A DNA stretch of 64,000 nucleotides from Rhynchobatus australiae. Lineage: Eukaryota. Each line of letters opens with the position of its first letter. The stretch's first letter is position 1. The position numbers and the translations under genes were made by a program. Shown in pieces: positions 13,625 to 27,045 of this stretch. The stretch spans positions 46,475,316 to 46,539,315 of the forward strand of contig JAUZTB010000118.1 in NCBI GenBank assembly GCA_034780895.1, read 5' to 3'. The notes under the pieces were generated by a model, which was not told where the DNA came from, made no database searches, and was given only the letters and a program-made list of their open reading frames with translations.

Positions 13625-13865
13625 TGTTTGTCTTGAAGAGCAAAAGGGTGAATTCAGTTATTGTGTTGGCCAACATTTATTTCTATGACAACGCTGCTAA
13701 AATAGATTGTGGATCTTTATCTTGTTACTCTGTGGAATCTTGGTGTGTGCAAATTGGCTCATTGGGTTTCCTTTTATCGCAACTGTGACTAAACTACAAA
13801 AATAAAGTAAAAACCATTGGGACACCTTAAGGTTGTGAAAATTGCTCTAATGTATACCTTGTTTT
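13625..13865 (+). mobile_element. DeuSINE (SacSINE1/AmnSINE1-like) fragment
   Basis: gaagagca...ggccaacatttat...aaaatagatt...tgtggaatcttggtgtgtgcaaattggct...ttgggacaccttaaggttgtgaaa resembles the Deu-domain and tail. Confidence 0.55.
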
Positions 13866-14469
13866 ATAGGTCAAATTTTGAATTTCTTCTCCATTATAAC
13901 AAGTGGATAAGACACGTTTTCACCCATAATCCAGGGTTCTTTTGTGGAAGTGCCTTGATGTATCAATTCCAGTGTGAAGTTATGAAATCTCATGAATAAC
14001 AAACTTAATACCAGGAGACCTAATGTTGAGCTAATCATTGCCTGAGCAGCTTGAATTGTAACTTGTTGGAAACCAAGGCTGATCATCAATGCTGTTGATG
14101 AGATGATTAATTTCTTATAAATAAATGATGGATCAACATTCATACAGATTGTGACACTGAGAAAAATAAGTTACTTATTCTTCAGTGCAGGAATACATAA
14201 CCAAGTTTCTGACATCTGTAGTAAGTAATAAAACCACATTATTGGCAATAATTCAAGTGATGTTTGGTAAATGCTTACTAGAGATCTTTCACTTGCAAGT
14301 TAACAACCTTCTCTAGCCTTTGATCACAGGTGCTCACTGCATTAGAATTTTCTCCATAGACTGACTTTTTAAACTCTGTCAATGCTAAGTTAGGATGTGG
14401 CTCTCCGGTTCTGTGCCATTGCTGAGGGTGTGCATAGTTGCTTTAGATAGGTGGCAAAGGATTGCATCC

Positions 14470-15680
14470 TAAAGGGAATGCTGGAAACTGCCAGCAGGTT
14501 GGGCAACATCTATGGCAAGGGAAATGGAGTTTCAGGTTGAAGACCTGAACTGGGAGAGGAAAACTAAGCTAATTGTAGGTTGCAGAGAAGGTTCAAGGGG
14601 TTGCAACAATGGATATGACAAAGAGAATATTTCCTGATGGGTCGAGGCCAGGGTTTTTGTGGTGATAAGGTTTGGATGAAACCATCTGCCAAATGGGTTA
14701 ATCAGGGCAGTTAGAGGGAGAAAACAAAGAAAGGAATGCAAAGTTTGTGAAATGCAACTGAGAGTTCTAGGAACTGTCCAGTAGACAAAGCAGTGCATGC
14801 AGAGAGGGGAAGAATAGGAATATTACAAATAGATAACCTAAAACAAAACTAGGCACTTCTGCTACAGCCTGCAAAAGTAAATTGTCCATATTTGTTGAAT
14901 TAATTGAGTTTGGAAGGCTGCAACATGCCCAAATGGAAGACCTTGAGCTTAATTTGGGCCTCATTATAACTGTGTAGGAGGCCGCAGGCAGATAGGAGTA
15001 GGATGTACAGTTAAAGTGATGGGCAGCTAGACACCAAGGGTCACCCCTACATTCTGAATGCAGGTATTCTGCATTATGGTCACCCGGTCCATGTTTTTCT
15101 CTAATGTAGAGAATTGTGGGCACTGAATGCATAATACTAGATTGGAAGAAGAACAAGTGAATTCTGGCTTCACCTGAAGGACAGTTTTGGGTCCCTAGAT
15201 GGTGAGAAGGGGAGAAACAGAAGTACAGATGTTGCATCTTTGTTTTCTCTCCTAGTTCTGCTGTATGGTTATTCATCTGTAATATTTACCCTACCGACAC
15301 TTTCTGATCTGCCGAACTTTTTCCACATTCTCCTTTTCGGTTTTGAGTCTCAATAACAGGTGTGACCTGCACTTCAGTTTTTATGTGTCCCCAAGGTTTG
15401 TTTTCTCTTTCTAACTACACTTGCTAATCAATCAGCTAGATGGCTCCATATATAGTAGAATCATTTTGCAAACCCTGGGCTTGCCTCATCAGAGATATTT
15501 CCCCCCTCATCCTCTTGACCTATCTGTCTTCCTCTTTGCAACTTAAAATTAGCTTGTTTTCTTAAATTTCCCATCCCTAATGGAGTCATTTGACTTTTTC
15601 TACAGATGTTGTTTGACTGCTGAGTGTTTTCTAGTGTTTTCTGTTTTAATTTTTCCGGATTTCCAGCTTCTGCAGTTTTC
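14470..15680. mobile_element. Decayed Penelope-like element fragments in both orientations
   Basis: 14860-15240 on the - strand resembles the 4080-4450 GIY-YIG remnant; terminal-repeat fragments at ~14475-14550 (-) and ~15590-15680 (+). Confidence 0.55.
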
Positions 15681-18424
15681 TTGATATTGTGAAGACATCC
15701 TTCCTATGCAGCATTCCATCTGTATCACCCTAGATTGTCAGCCTGGATAATGTGCTCAAATCCCTTCCGATCTTCTGATTCATTAAGAACAAGTGCTGCA
15801 ACTGTAGAGCTCCTTTTAATTTTCACAAGATTTCTCAAAGGAGGAGAGGATAAAACGAGAGTGCTGGCAAGTAACTTGTTCAAAGAGGTGGGTTGTAAGG
15901 ATGAAAATGGAAGTTTCAGGAGACAATGACACAATGTGATTTTTGAGTGATTGGCAAGGTGTGACAGACAAGAGGAGGGGTGCCGATGAAGGAGTGAGGT
16001 TGGACAATGGATAGGCTTGTGATGGAGGTAGCTGGCACATACCTGCTCAACTGCTTTCATCAGATTATCTTTTGCTAAAGGTGAATGTGAGCTTAAATAA
16101 GCATGGCAGTGGGTGGGAATGAGCTTTGCATGATCATGTAGATAGGAGAGGCGTGATCCAAAGGTTCCTGGGGTTCCATCCCAGAGCCCACTCCTGTCCC
16201 AGGTCACAGGAAGTGGGTCTCTTCCATTGGGCAGGCCAGCAGCAACTGCCTCACCCCCTCAGTAGAAGCTGTGCTATCATGTGAGACTACATTGATATTC
16301 CTTCAGCTCAGGTGGGCGCCTCCATGAATATAATTTAGTCCCCTCTGCTATTATTCCCAAGATTAGGGTCTCTGTTCACATTCTGAGTGAGGTTCATAAT
16401 TCCCAGGAAGTGTCAGAACACTTCTGCTTTTATTTTGGCATTTATTGCATGCCCTAATCCTCCTCCAAGGTGGAGGTGAGCATTATAGTTCCATGCCATG
16501 AAGGTGTGTGACTTGGAGGGGAACATTATGCTTACTATGCTTGTTCGTGGTGGTAAAGGTTGTGGATTGTTGCAGCTGGTCCAGTTAAATTTCTGGTTAA
16601 TGGTGGGGTGCTTGGGGATGGTAATGTTGTTGATTTTATTAAGGGCAGGTTAGACACTCTCTGGAGAGGACCATTGCCCAGCACTTTTGCAATGCAAATG
16701 TTACTTGCTGTGTATCAGCCTCTTTTATTTAGATGGAATGAAGGAATGTCCCCAACTAAAGTCACTCTGATTTGAGCCATTTATTTGTGAGGTGGTTAAC
16801 TTTGCCTACTGGAGGTTGGGTAATGCCTTGGTAGGTGAAACCTGCTCCACTCCCAAACTGGTGGCCTCACTATATATGCAGAGCATGGGGCAAGAAGTAG
16901 AAATTGTCCTGTGAATTGTGGAGGCATCATATTAGTAGTTGGTACTAATATTAATTCAAAATTATGCTAGTGGGGGTGATCAAAGGTGGTACTCATTAAA
17001 CCTGTTGGCCTGTGGGATGTGCTTTAATCTCTCAATAGTGTTCTGAACTGTGTTTGACATCTTTGCTAATGGGTGCTGACAAAGATTTACAGGTTTTACC
17101 TGTATAAATGTTAAATGTATAATAATTATATCTGTGCCACTTTATACATTAGAACAATGGTTACTTTATCTTCTGAAATTCTGATCTGAAAGATTTTAAT
17201 TGCTTACTGTTTTGGAATACATTTTCTCATGTTGCAAAAAGATTTATTTGTTTGTGCAGAATGGTTGCCATGTTTTGTGTTCTTATCTCGTTCTTCTAAG
17301 GAATTAAAAAAAATGGAGAATTCTTATGTAACAGATCCCTTTGTTATCCTGTCCCACTCCCAGACCTGCATTGTTGGTGTGGAAAGTCTGAATTTTGGGA
17401 TAGGACAGAAACTACTTTGATTGTTTCTCACATAGACTCAGAACTCGTGTGGCATGTTCTGCCAGATTCTGGTGAGGATACTACATGAGCTGACCTTTGG
17501 AGATCTATGTAATATTTTGTACCTTTTTTTGGAGTGAAATTTGGATGGTTACTTTGAGTGTCTGCATAAACCCAATTTCTACCTTGGAATGGTGTTTGAC
17601 TAAGAGAATGAGTAGAGCTGGAAGTGGAGCGAGGTAGGTTGAGAAAGTGCTTTTACCAGGAAGCCAGCAGTTGCTACATATAGGGAATATTGTTTTAGTA
17701 AGGATGTTCTCCTGAGACTCTGCCACCTGCTTCAGCCACAACTGTAATCTCAGCACTGCAAGGATTAAGTGGGTATCAACATAACTGCAGCCACAAACTT
17801 TTTGCACCTGACTTTCTGACTAAAACTGGAAATATTTGCAGCATGTCACAGTTGCAGTCTGTTTTTGTTAGACTGATAACTATGATGTTCTCTCCGGCTA
17901 TGATTAAAGTAACTGCTCATTCAGGTGTAGTTCTCCACTGCAGTCTGGAAGATTAGGTCCTGGTTCATTCCAGAAAATCTTGGTGATCCAAGACTGGAGA
18001 GTGATCCTGAGGACTGTGTTATAAGTTTTAGAAGTTGGCATGTTTATAGAAATCACGAAAAAATTACAGTAAATCTCCTCCCCAAATCTCCTTTTTGAGG
18101 ATTTCAGGCTTCCTTCTCAGTGAAAGGTTAACTGCATGCCTGTTTCTTTGCAGGTACCCTTGCACACATCAGATCTAGAAGTGATTCCACTCACTGAACA
18201 TCTGATGTATGCGTAATGACATTGATTCCTCCAGGTCACTGCCTGGTAACCTGACATTTATGTGATGTCTTCATGCAGCAGCAGTCTGGTGTAACAGTTG
18301 TGTTAGAGCTGCTGCCAGCATAGCTGATCTCATTGTGCTCAGCAAGCATAGAATGAATGCCATGCTGCCACCCTGCAAATGCAGGGCATCTCTCATCAGA
18401 TTAGAGAAAGGAAATCTTGCTGTG

Positions 18425-18910
18425 ATACACAGGACTTTGAGACCTGGAGTACTGTGAATGGTTTTGTTCTTATTTGAGAAGGATGTACTTGCCTTGGAGG
18501 TGGTGCAGTGAAAAGTTCACAAAATGATCCTACCCATTCCAGGAATTAATCTAGAGGAAATGTTTGGGCAGAAAAGGTCTATATTCTGAAACTTGAAAGA
18601 ATGAGAACTGTCTTTATAGAGACATGTAAAATTCTGATGGGTGTCAGCTAGATGTTGTGAAGATGTTTCCTCTGGTGGGTAGTTCTGGAACCAGGGAGGC
18701 ATAGTCTTAGAATAAGAGCTAAGACTGGGAGGAGGAACAAATTCTAAGGATGTGAATCTTTGGTTTCGATACTTCGCAGGGCTGTCTATGCCAAGTCATT
18801 ATATATTCAAGTCTGAAATGGATATTTGCACTACAGGGGAATTGAGAGTTCTAGGGGATCAATCAAGAAAATATTGTGGCTATTAACCAGCCATGATGTT
18901 AAGAGATGGT
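18425..18910 (+). mobile_element. Decayed CR1-like LINE 3' fragment
   Basis: ctggagtactgtga...ggatgtacttgccttggaggtggtgcag...gatgtttcctctggtggg motifs. Confidence 0.55.
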
Positions 18911-21597
18911 ATAGCAGTCTGCTAAACATACCTCCTTTGATCTCGATCTCTTGCACCATGGATTCAGATGGAGCAATTTAAAGTTGTGTCATTCGGTCTG
19001 TTTTGGAACTCTCTTCAATGTTACTGNNNNNNNNNNNNNNNNNNNNNNNNNNNNNNNNNNNNNNNNNNNNNNNNNNNNNNNNNNNNNNNNNNNNNNNNNN
19101 NNNNNNNNNNNNNNNNNNNNNNNNNNNNNNNNNNNNNNNNNNNNNNNNNNNNNNNNNNNNNNNNNNNNNNNNNNNNNNNNNNNNNNNNNNNNNNNNNNNN
19201 NNNNNNNNNNNNNNNNNNNNNNNNNNNNNNNNNNNNNNNNNNNNNNNNNNNNNNNNNNNGTAAGTGGGTGCTGAATATACAGTCCTACAGAAGGATCTGT
19301 GTTTAATTTTATGGTCATATTTGCATAGAATGCTGCATTAAATTTGCACAGTAAATTTTGCTAAAATGCAAATATTTGAACCCTTTTTGGCTTCTGCTAC
19401 GACTTCCACGATCCATAGCATAGCAGCACCTAGTGAACCTAAAAATGAGGTGCTATTTTAGTGAAGCTACAGTAGAGGATTATGAGCCCTGTCAATGGAG
19501 CACTGTCATTTGATAGATAGAATGCTTCCATTGTCTGTCATGTGCAATTGTGAATGGTGGAAACTGAACAACTAGTGCGAGAACACATTCTTCTCATCTT
19601 CATCTAACTGATGGCCGGGTGCCACATCAAAGTTTTTTTTGAAACAGGAGGTTGAAATGTTTGTATCCATCTTTGGGCAGAGCATCTGTCTCTTCCTGGA
19701 ATCTCTACCTCTCAACTGGACCAAGGCCACAGAAGTGTGGAGCCATGTGGTCCTGGTGAAACCCAAACTGAGCAGTGATGGATGGGTTATTAATGAAGAA
19801 GTACTGCGTAGCAGCGTTATTGAGAACAGCTTCAAAAGCCAAAGGGAGTGATAACTGGCCAGAATGGATTTGTCCTAAAGCTAAACACCATAGGCAATTA
19901 AAATTATGCTGGAATCCTCAGCAAGTCGGTCAGCAGTTATGAAGGTTGTTGACCTTCATTCACTCTGTTTCTCTCTTCAGATGTTGCATGACTTATGGAG
20001 TATCCAAGCATCTTACGTTTGTTACTTTTCAATTGCAGAGAGTGTGGGGGTGGGATGGGTAGAATGAAGGTAATATCTCTGGGGTGAGACAAATGGATTA
20101 ATTTGGCAGTTAGAAGCACTTAGAAGCACTTTTTTTTGTTGTGTTATGTATTGCTAAGAGCAAGGCTGTGCATTGTGCCCAGCAGGTCAGCCTAGGCTAA
20201 TGGAGAGAAGAAAAACTAAGCCAAAACAACAGATAGATGAGTGGTAGAAATAGTTATTTCTGATACAAACAGAAAGAAGAAGGAGGTTGCCTAGTTGGAG
20301 AATTCAATATTGAGTATGGAAGGCTGCAATGTGCTCAGATAGCAGATGAGGTGTTGTTCCTCAAGCTTGTACTTGGCCTCATTGTAATAGTGCAGGAGAG
20401 CCCAGACACTTTGAGCCATCTCCCTAGATGGGGGAAACCTGTATTGTTTAAGAATTTCAATTAATCATTCTGTGTGTCTTCCATGTGCTTTTGCATGTCC
20501 TACCACTTTGGCAGCAGTGTAACTGATGAGAAGCATTAGAGGATGACCTTGGATTGCATCTTCTCTATATGAGCAACATCAGTCTGGGCCTGTGTAAACA
20601 GCAAGAGCAGGACCAGGATGAAGATCCTGAGGCCACATGACGATGGTCTGTGGAGCCACTGATGATGTCACTAGGGGTGATGTCACTGTAATCTTAGTAA
20701 AATATTGGACAGGCCACTTGACATTTTAACACACTCAAAATAGCCATGGTCAGAGGTTATATGAAAGCTGTCTGTTAGGCAACTTCTACTCGAATGGGTT
20801 AGAAACTGAGACACTCATTCAGCATTGGGTCTACCAATCCTGTCCTCAGAAGCTGTTAACCATGTGATGGAACCTCCATGTGATTGGTGCTGAGCTGTGT
20901 GATCCTGTCCTCAGAAGCTGGCACTTGGGCTGCTCATTACCATTTTCCCCTTGGTCTAGCTGCAGGCTACTAGTGGCCTGTAATACACCATGTGCAAACT
21001 CTTTCATTTTTATAACCCTTTCATAGTGGAATAGCTGGTTGGGCATGTGTTCATGTACATAAGTGTAGGTGGGTGAACAATGGAAATGTATCTAATGGTG
21101 CAGATTCTGAGATTTGACACTTCATCCAGGTTTTCGGGCCCCTCCCATCTGCCAAGCTGTTGACCTTCTTGCATTGTTTTTTGGTGTGGAAAGCTTCCAA
21201 GTGTTCCAAAATATGTATGGATAAATTGCATACCTTTCTAGTTTCCTACATCTTCAAGGTTTCCACTACAGTATCTGACATCTAGGGTGTGGTTTATCCT
21301 GTTTTATACACGGAAAATTATTATAATGCCTTTGCTTACCTCCTCGCTCTTTCCTGGCCACCACCTGCTCCAGTCTAGTTGTGCACTCCCTTTTAAGTGG
21401 TGCCCCGGTGAAGCACATGGCTGGTGCCATTTATCTCAGTTAGTCCTGGCTGCATCAAGGACAGCTGTGCTTTCTGCCTGAGTATCAGTGGGCTCAGAAT
21501 AATGATAATGCCATACTTCAAATTTTTTGGGGAGCCAGGCTATACAGTGTGGTGCTCTCTTCCTCTCTCCTCCACCTTACCTACTTTATTTTTGTTC

Positions 21598-22040
21598 TTA
21601 AGATTTTTAATATGTCTATTAGTCACATGTACAGTGAAACCATAGCGAAATAATCTTTTGTGTGGAGTGTTCTGGGAGCAGCCCGCAAGTGTCACCACGC
21701 TTCCAGCACCAACGTAGCATGCCCACCACTTCCTAACCCATACATCTTTGGAATGTGGGAGGAAACCAGAGCACCCGGAGGAATCCCACGCAGGCACAGG
21801 GAGAACGTACAAACTCCTCACAGNNNNNNNNNNNNNNNNNNNNNNNNNNNNNNNNNNNNNNNNNNNNNNNNNNNNNNNNNNNNNNNNNNNNNNNNNNNNN
21901 NNNNNNNNNNNNNNNNNNNNNNNTCTAGGAATCCCACGCAGGCACAGGGAGAACGTACAAACTCCTCACAGACAGTGGCTGGAATTGAACCCGGGTTGCT
22001 GGTGCTGTAATAGTGGTATGCTAACTGCTGCGCTACCGTG
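21598..22040 (-). mobile_element. V-SINE copy (spans 100-N gap)
   Basis: Reverse complement of the 34311-34596 element (ctttggaatgtgggaggaaaccagagcacccggagg...ggaattgaacccggg). Confidence 0.85.
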
Positions 22041-22483
22041 ATTTAGTGGGGATGTAGCTGGGTTGTTGTAGAATCTGTTAACCATGTGATGGAACCTACA
22101 TGCTGATAGCAGCTGGCAAGATTGTCTGATTTGTTTCCTTTGGCTTTTACATGTACAACCTAAGGCTTATTTATAATGATACCACTTTGAATGTGAGTAA
22201 TTGGACATTTGGGATGCTGTAAGGAAATGTTTCCCTCTCTGGGTTTGCATTTAATCATATTTAAGTCTTCATATCCAATGGCTTCATATACAGGATCAAG
22301 TGAGCCATCTCTTGTTGTATGTAGTTTGGACTCGTGCCCAGCATTCCAGCTCACTGAATGGCATCTACATGCACGACACATGCTTGCTTGGGGGAATGCC
22401 AAGGACCTCCTACAGTTCTCTCCTCCTCCTCCTGTTTTTCTGTCATGTGCCGTGGCACTGGGTGACAGTCCCAGTGTTTGGAT

Positions 22484-22685
22484 TATAAAAGTGCAGAGCT
22501 TTGCTCTCTGCTTCCCCTGGCAGCCACACTGTGAGGTTTAAGAATCTTTTCAGAACAGCTGAGGAGGAAGAGGGTTGGGGAGACAGCTGGCATATTTTAA
22601 ACCCTGGGCTAATATATCGCTGCCTCTGTTCAACTTGTTGAGCTTGACCCTACAGAGCATTGGTCTTTACAGTGAGAAGGTAAGG
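22484..22685 (+). promoter_or_regulatory. Candidate TATA promoter and non-coding first exon
   Basis: TATAAAAG 22484-22491, CAGCTG E-boxes at 22556 and 22584, strong donor AAG|GTAAGG at 22680; non-repetitive context. Confidence 0.35.
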
Positions 22686-24689
22686 CAGCGACCCCAGACT
22701 TTCTGGTTTCTTTGCTGAAGGTATTTTACTTCTGCCAAGTATTTTACAAATTGCTAGGCCAGCCTATATTTTGTTAATAATAAAAAAAAGGCAATATATT
22801 GCTAGAGCTGTTTTTTTTTGTTGTATGTAAGCATTGTAAGTGTAGATCTTCAGGCTTAGATCAGTTTTTTTTCTTGTTAATTATTGGTCTGACTGCAAAT
22901 TTTGATATTAAATGAAGGCAAAAGAATGGTTAACTTATTGGCTTGAATTTCACCATCAAACAGTGTTTGCTGCTGGCCTCTCAAAGTTGCCCACAAATAC
23001 TTGGTGGTCTCTGTGGCATCTTTGTTCCATTTCCCTCGCCACCCCTTCCTTTCCATCCTGCCCTCCTCCCCCTTTCCCCCACCTTCAACCCCACCAGTAC
23101 ACACTGAAGCAACTTTCAGGATGCCCCACCACTGTGGGCTGTGTGTCATTTGGGTGCAGGCAGACCGACAGTTTGAATTTAGCTATTGTTGGGGAGAAGC
23201 ACATGAATATAAAGCATGCAATATAATTAACTTTAAACGTTTAACAAAAATTTGAAATTGAGAGATTTGCTTGCAATTAAAGGAGAAGCTGAAGTCCCAG
23301 AGTTCACTTTTTTTAAATGTACACATTTGTACATTACAATTATTTGAGTGTTTTGTCAGGCTTTGAGAAAGGTTTAGCAGTAATTATGACCACTATGTTT
23401 GAAAAGTCATTTTCAGCTGATGCAGTAAAGTGCAAGCTGTTCAGTAGATTTTACAAGAAGTGTCAAATGTAGTTAATTTATCATTTGGGAGGGCAGAGTA
23501 TCACTGACAACAATTTTCGGATTAACATATTCTCTGTGAATCTCTAGACATGAAGTTTTTGGCCACTTTGTTCGATATGGTCTGGAAATATTTGCAGTCA
23601 CATTTTCTGGGAAAATATGATTTAATTATTTGTTGTTTTTGAGCTGTACTTCATGGATTGATTTATTTTAGGATGCAAGTTTTTCTTGCCTCGGGGTTTA
23701 AATTTTAAAGTGCAAAATTGCAACACTTTTTTTGAATAGTGAAGAACAACTTGGGAATTTGTATTTCTTCCCATGCTCTAGTTGGGGGAGCTGTGCAGGA
23801 TGATGTTAACATGTGGAGGGACATGCTTAGGGGTTTGGGAGGGATGGAGATGAACTGTTCAAGTGCAATGACTCAACTGATTGGGATCAACTATATGTGG
23901 CCCTTCCTTTTGAACTTTTGAAAATAAATTTCCAGGTGTGAACCATAGCTTACAACCTGTCCACACCTTTAACAGTGTTTTGCCCGTGAGTCACTTCCAT
24001 TGCATCTTAAATGCTTGGATGTGCTCATTTTTGAATGACTGTTTGTTTGTAAGGCATATGGGATAAAATCCACAAAATCCATTGCATCTTTCAGTGTTTC
24101 TAGTGTGTTTTATCCAAAATCCTAAATTTTGGAGATAAGCTATGAATAAAATTTTATTCTTTGCATCTCTTAATGTAATTGGTTCCAAATGCGATTTGAA
24201 AATTCTTAGAGCTCCTGGGCACAGCAGGAAATCTGGTCTGTCCTGCACAACTCCTAGTCAGCAAAATCCTCTAGAAATAAGTCTGGATAATAGTTTTGCA
24301 ATTTATTTATTGAGATGAGTCTTAACAAAACTTGCTGCACCCAAATAAAACTTGTTCAGCAGCTTTATGTTACCTTTTATGTTGTGGAAGCTGGGCACAT
24401 GTACATGCATTGATGTACCTTTTGGCATGGGTATACTTTTTGACCAGTGTAAAACAATAGTGGAATTTGAATGGCTTGGACATCTGTGGATGTAAAAGTT
24501 TTTAGTTTATCAATAATGAGTAAAAGAACTGTTTAATACCTAGAATCTGCACGTGCTAGATTTTTTAAAGTTCATTTACATATGGTGTAACCTATTTGAT
24601 CTGAGTGCGTTTATTTTTAAATAAAAGAATATTGATTGCAGTTTTTATTTGAATTGTTTCTTTGACACTGCCTCACAGTCCATCCTCTG

Positions 24690-24990
24690 AACCATGGCTG
24701 AATGGTAGCTCTCACAGGCTTGTGGGTTTGAGACCCACTCCAGCACCCTGAGTATGTAGGCTGGTACTTCAGTGCAGTCCTAATCCAGCACTTCATTGGC
24801 AGAGGTGTCATTTTCAGATGAATTGTTAAGATTGGCTCCCATCTTCTGCTGTATTGAGTGAAAGTAATAGGTCACATGGCCCTACCTTTTCCTGGCTAAC
24901 TTACCTTTTCTCAGTAAAGTATTTAAAAAAAAAATCATTATCTCAAATGTTATCCCATTATTATATGTGGGAACATGCTATGCCCTATCT
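24690..24990 (+). mobile_element. DeuSINE-like fragment
   Basis: ggctggtacttcagtgcagt...gaggtgtcattttcagatga...; related decayed copies at ~49060-49370 (+), ~63100-63350 (+), ~8730-8810 (-), ~48525-48740 (-), and a tail at ~59245-59330 (-). Confidence 0.5.
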
Positions 24991-24999
24991 CTATCTCAG

Positions 25000-26770
25000 A
25001 ATGTAACAAATACCAGCAGGCGTAGACAATTTGGCTCTTCACATCTGTCCCACCATTAAATATGATCATGGCTGATTTTTAGGTTGACCTCAACTTCTCA
25101 TTTGTGCCATTTCCCCTTAATCCTCAATTCTTTTTAAATATTCATCTGTCTCCACTTTAAATGTATCTAATGATCTGACCTCCACCACCGTCAGTGGCAG
25201 AGAATTCCAGAGGTTCACTTCCCTCAGGAAAAAAATTTCTACACAACTCAGTTTTTAAAGACTAGTCCCTTGTTGCTATACCCTCCTTATTCATGACTCT
25301 CACTAGCGAGTACATCTCAACATACACCCTGTCAAGCACCCTTGGAATCTTGTTTGAATTGTTCACCCTTCATTCTTCTGAGCTCCTTCATTCTTCTGTC
25401 TAGTCTCTTTTGATGGGAATAAGAAGCTTGTCCAGGAATTAGCCTGCTAAGTCTCCTTTGGACTGTCTCCAATGCTTTTTGAGGAAAATAGGCCAAATCT
25501 CTGTAGACATTCCAGGTGTAACCTCACCAACACCCTGTACAACTGTAATAAAACTTCTCTATTCTTAAATATCAATCCATCTGCAATATAGGCAAAAACT
25601 GCTGCTTGCCTACCTGTTGGACCAGCTTGCTAACTTGTGATTCTTGTAATGATCTAGAATGCCTGGATTCCTTCTGAGCTGCACTAATTCCTTTCCATTT
25701 AGATAATATTCCTTTTTTTTTTATTCCTCTTACTGAAATACATGATCTTGCACTTCCCCCACATTTAAACTCCATTTTCCAAGTTTTTGCCCAATAATTC
25801 AGTCTACCTGTATCCTTTTTGCTATAATGAAGATGTTGTGATTCTGCATACCCTTCCACCTAGTTTTGTATCATTTGCAAATCTTGCATTTCATTCTCTC
25901 CTCTAGGTCGTTAATGTAAATAGTGAATAATTTAGGGCCTAGAACTGATCTGAGGTACTCCACTAGCTACGTTCCTCCAGCAGCAGGCCTGTACCCCATG
26001 AACCTCCCAATGCAATCAATGACTGAGATTTCAGTCCTAAAGGACCTGACCCTTTACCCTTTTGTTCTGGACTTCTTAATCAGGGGAAGTATTCTCCTCC
26101 CACCCCACCTCATCACACATCCATCTAACCTGTCGATACCCTAAAAAATTATGCTTCGGGGTCCTTGAAAATCTAGTGAATAGTGGCCTGGCCTGCTCAA
26201 TCTCATACAAAACTGGCCAAGGAAACAGTCTGGTGAATCGTAACTGCCTCTCCTCTGTGGCAAGTACATCCATTCAAAGATAAGGATACCAAAATTGTAC
26301 ATCATTCTTCAGGTGTGGTCTCACCAAGGCCTTTGAAATAGTGGTAATCCATTCTTACTCTTGTGTTCAAACCCTCTTACAATAAAGGGCCAACATACCT
26401 TCCTAATTGCCTACTGCATCTGCATGCTGTTTTCAGTGACATGTGCACAAGGAAACTCAGGTTCCCTTGAACATCAACAATTCTCAGTCTCTCACCATTT
26501 AAAAAAAACATACTCAACATTTCTGTAGTTTCTATGGCAGTGGATAACCTTGCATCATTCCATAATGTATTCCACCTGCCATATTGCCCATTTGGCTAGT
26601 TTGCCTATATCTCCCTTGAAGCTATTCATATTCCCACTTAATTTCATGTGATCAGCAAACTTAGAAGTATTACATTTGGTCCCCTTGGCTAAATTATCAC
26701 AAGTACTGACCATGCAGTACCCCACTAGGCCCAACTTGACAGAAACCATTTATTCCTAATCATTGTCGTC
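25000..26770 (-). mobile_element. Decayed CR1-like LINE fragments
   Basis: Reverse-strand CR1 RT/3' motifs (SKFADxxKLSG, WAKTWKMEF..KC, caggtgtggtctcaccaaggcc). Confidence 0.65.
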
Positions 26771-26854
26771 TTTTTGTTAACCATCTCTGAATTAATTTGG
26801 TTCAGAGCTGATTTAATGGGGACAGTAATATTGCCCCCATTTGGTAAACTAGTA

Positions 26855-27045
26855 AACAAATTGGTTTATTATTGTCACATATACTGAGGTACAGTGAAAA
26901 ATCTTTTGTTATTCATGCCAATCCTTACAGATTTCATTACAACACTGCATTGAGGTAGTACAAGGGAAAGCAATAACAGTGCAGAATAAAGTGTTACAGT
27001 TACAGACAAAGTGCAATAAGGCAGACAATAAGGTGCAAGGCCATC
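26855..27045 (-). mobile_element. LINE 3'-tail fragment, same family as 820-1015
   Basis: attggtttattattgtcacatatactgaggtacagtgaaaa...gcagaataaagtgttacagttacagacaaagtgca. Confidence 0.6.

Noticed and set aside
21778-21971. Direct repeats flanking 100-N gaps (also 1761-1886, 29582-29699, 50203-50316, 57423-57538)
   Set aside because: The same sequence on both sides of fixed-size 100-N gaps indicates unmerged contig overlaps, not biological repeats.
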